DNA of 64,000 bases. It comes from Chthonomonadales bacterium. Its GTDB lineage: Bacteria; Armatimonadota; Chthonomonadetes; Chthonomonadales; CAJBBX01. The position numbers and the translations under genes were made by a program. The stretch spans positions 2,295 to 66,294 of the forward strand of contig JAAYVH010000044.1 in the NCBI GenBank assembly GCA_012517255.1, written 5' to 3'. Positions 63,426 through 64,000 of the stretch are shown here, piece by piece. How positions within the stretch are numbered: the first letter of the stretch is position 1; each line of letters starts with the position of its first letter. The notes under the pieces are model-generated. The model was given only the letters and a program-made list of their open reading frames with translations, was not told the origin of the DNA and searched no databases.

Positions 63426-64000
63426 ATGCTTCTCTGGATGGCGCCGCTGATTGCCGTGAGCATGGGACAGCAGGCGAGGCCGCAGGGTGCGTGGCAGCGA
63501 GGCCCCGCCATGGGAGGCGACCACTTCCCCATAGCGGTTTGGCTTCAGAACCCGGCCAATGCCGAGCGCTACAAGGCCGCGGGTTTCAACCTTTATGTCG
63601 GACTCTGGAAAGGACCCACCGAGGAGCAGCTCGCCACGCTCAAACGCGCGGGCATGCCGGTGATCTGCGACCAGAATGCCGTCGGTCTGGCGCACATCGA
63701 GGATCCCATCATCGTGGGATGGCTCCAGCAGGATGAGCCCGACAACGCGCAGCCCATAACCGACTCGGCGACCGGCAATCAGACGTGGGGGCCGTGCGTG
63801 CCGCCGCAGAAGGTGGTGGAGGAATACGAGCGGCTGCACAAAGCCGATCCTTCGCGGCCGGTGCTGCTTAATCTCGGGCAGGGAGTGATCAACGACACGT
63901 GGGTTGGCCGCGGCTCCGGCGCCAAGCTTGAGGACTATGAGACCTACGTGAACGGCGGCGACATTGTCTCGTTCGATGTGTATCCGATCGCCGGCCTCGA
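63426..64000 (+). CDS. Putative glycoside-hydrolase-like (TIM-barrel) protein; the 3' end lies outside the window
   Basis: Not in the ORF track because it runs off the window. ATG at 63426, 9 nt after AAGGAG. Hand translation gives MLLWMAPLIAVSMGQQARPQGAWQRGPAMGGDHFPIAVWLQNPANAERYKAAGFNLYVGLWKGPTEEQLATLKRAGMPVICDQNAVG...VSFDVYPIAGL, open to base 64000. Confidence 0.5.
   Translation, partial: MLLWMAPLIAVSMGQQARPQGAWQRGPAMGGDHFPIAVWLQNPANAERYKAAGFNLYVGLWKGPTEEQLATLKRAGMPVICDQNAVGLAHIEDPIIVGWLQQDEPDNAQPITDSATGNQTWGPCVPPQKVVEEYERLHKADPSRPVLLNLGQGVINDTWVGRGSGAKLEDYETYVNGGDIVSFDVYPIAGL

Noticed and set aside
1-64000. tRNA, rRNA, tmRNA, RNase P RNA, SRP RNA, insertion sequences and prophage genes
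   Set aside because: I scanned the intergenic regions by eye for cloverleaf-like T-arm motifs (GGTTCGAATCC type), the SRP GGAAG/AGCAGC motif, RNase P and tmRNA hallmarks, and transposase or integrase motifs in ORFs. None was recognised. tRNAscan-SE, Infernal and ISfinder would be needed to confirm the negative.

Overview
The window is a very GC-rich bacterial chromosomal segment (judged by eye, not computed) with dense coding on both strands. I recognised no rRNA, tRNA, CRISPR array, transposase or integrase. All domain and family names were assigned by eye from motifs, not by HMM or BLAST. Hand-indexed sites were anchored to ORF-track coordinates but could still be off by 1-2 nt.

Housekeeping blocks:
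- rpmH-rnpA-yidD-yidC-jag on the minus strand. rpmH is too short for the ORF track and was found by hand.
- infB-DUF503-rbfA-nrnA-truB-ribF on the minus strand, with no nusA upstream.
- carB, a cystathionine gamma-synthase/lyase-family gene, an HtrA protease, an FKBP isomerase and an ABC ATPase/permease pair.

Accessory content:
1. A three-gene porin-cytochrome cluster at 38327-42647: a secreted decaheme, a beta-barrel and a lipoprotein octaheme. It looks like an MtrAB/MtoAB/PioAB-type outer-membrane electron conduit in an unusual configuration. This is my top candidate for a novel system.
2. An ECF sigma / anti-sigma / VIT-vWA module with a divergent Spy/CpxP-like gene.
3. An approximately 8-kb minus-strand glycan-utilisation locus. 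It carries an ArsR-like regulator, two prepilin-type (DUF1559-like) genes, GH43, a sugar ABC importer and three tiny membrane proteins. The pseudopilin N-termini resemble those I remember from Armatimonadota/Planctomycetota-like genomes, but that taxonomic hint is inference only.
4. Further glycoside-hydrolase-like genes (a second GH43, DUF1593, unknown TIM-barrel-like proteins) and a Tat-exported amidase.

Non-coding structure that genes do not explain:
- A 1.26-kb mosaic repeat island at 36010-37274.
- A second repeat island at 61958-62347.
- A tandem array of 15 CCTTCNN heptamers at 47522-47632.
- An orphan promoter-plus-terminator unit in the infB leader.
- Several near-consensus sigma70 promoters, one followed by a perfect 14-bp palindrome.
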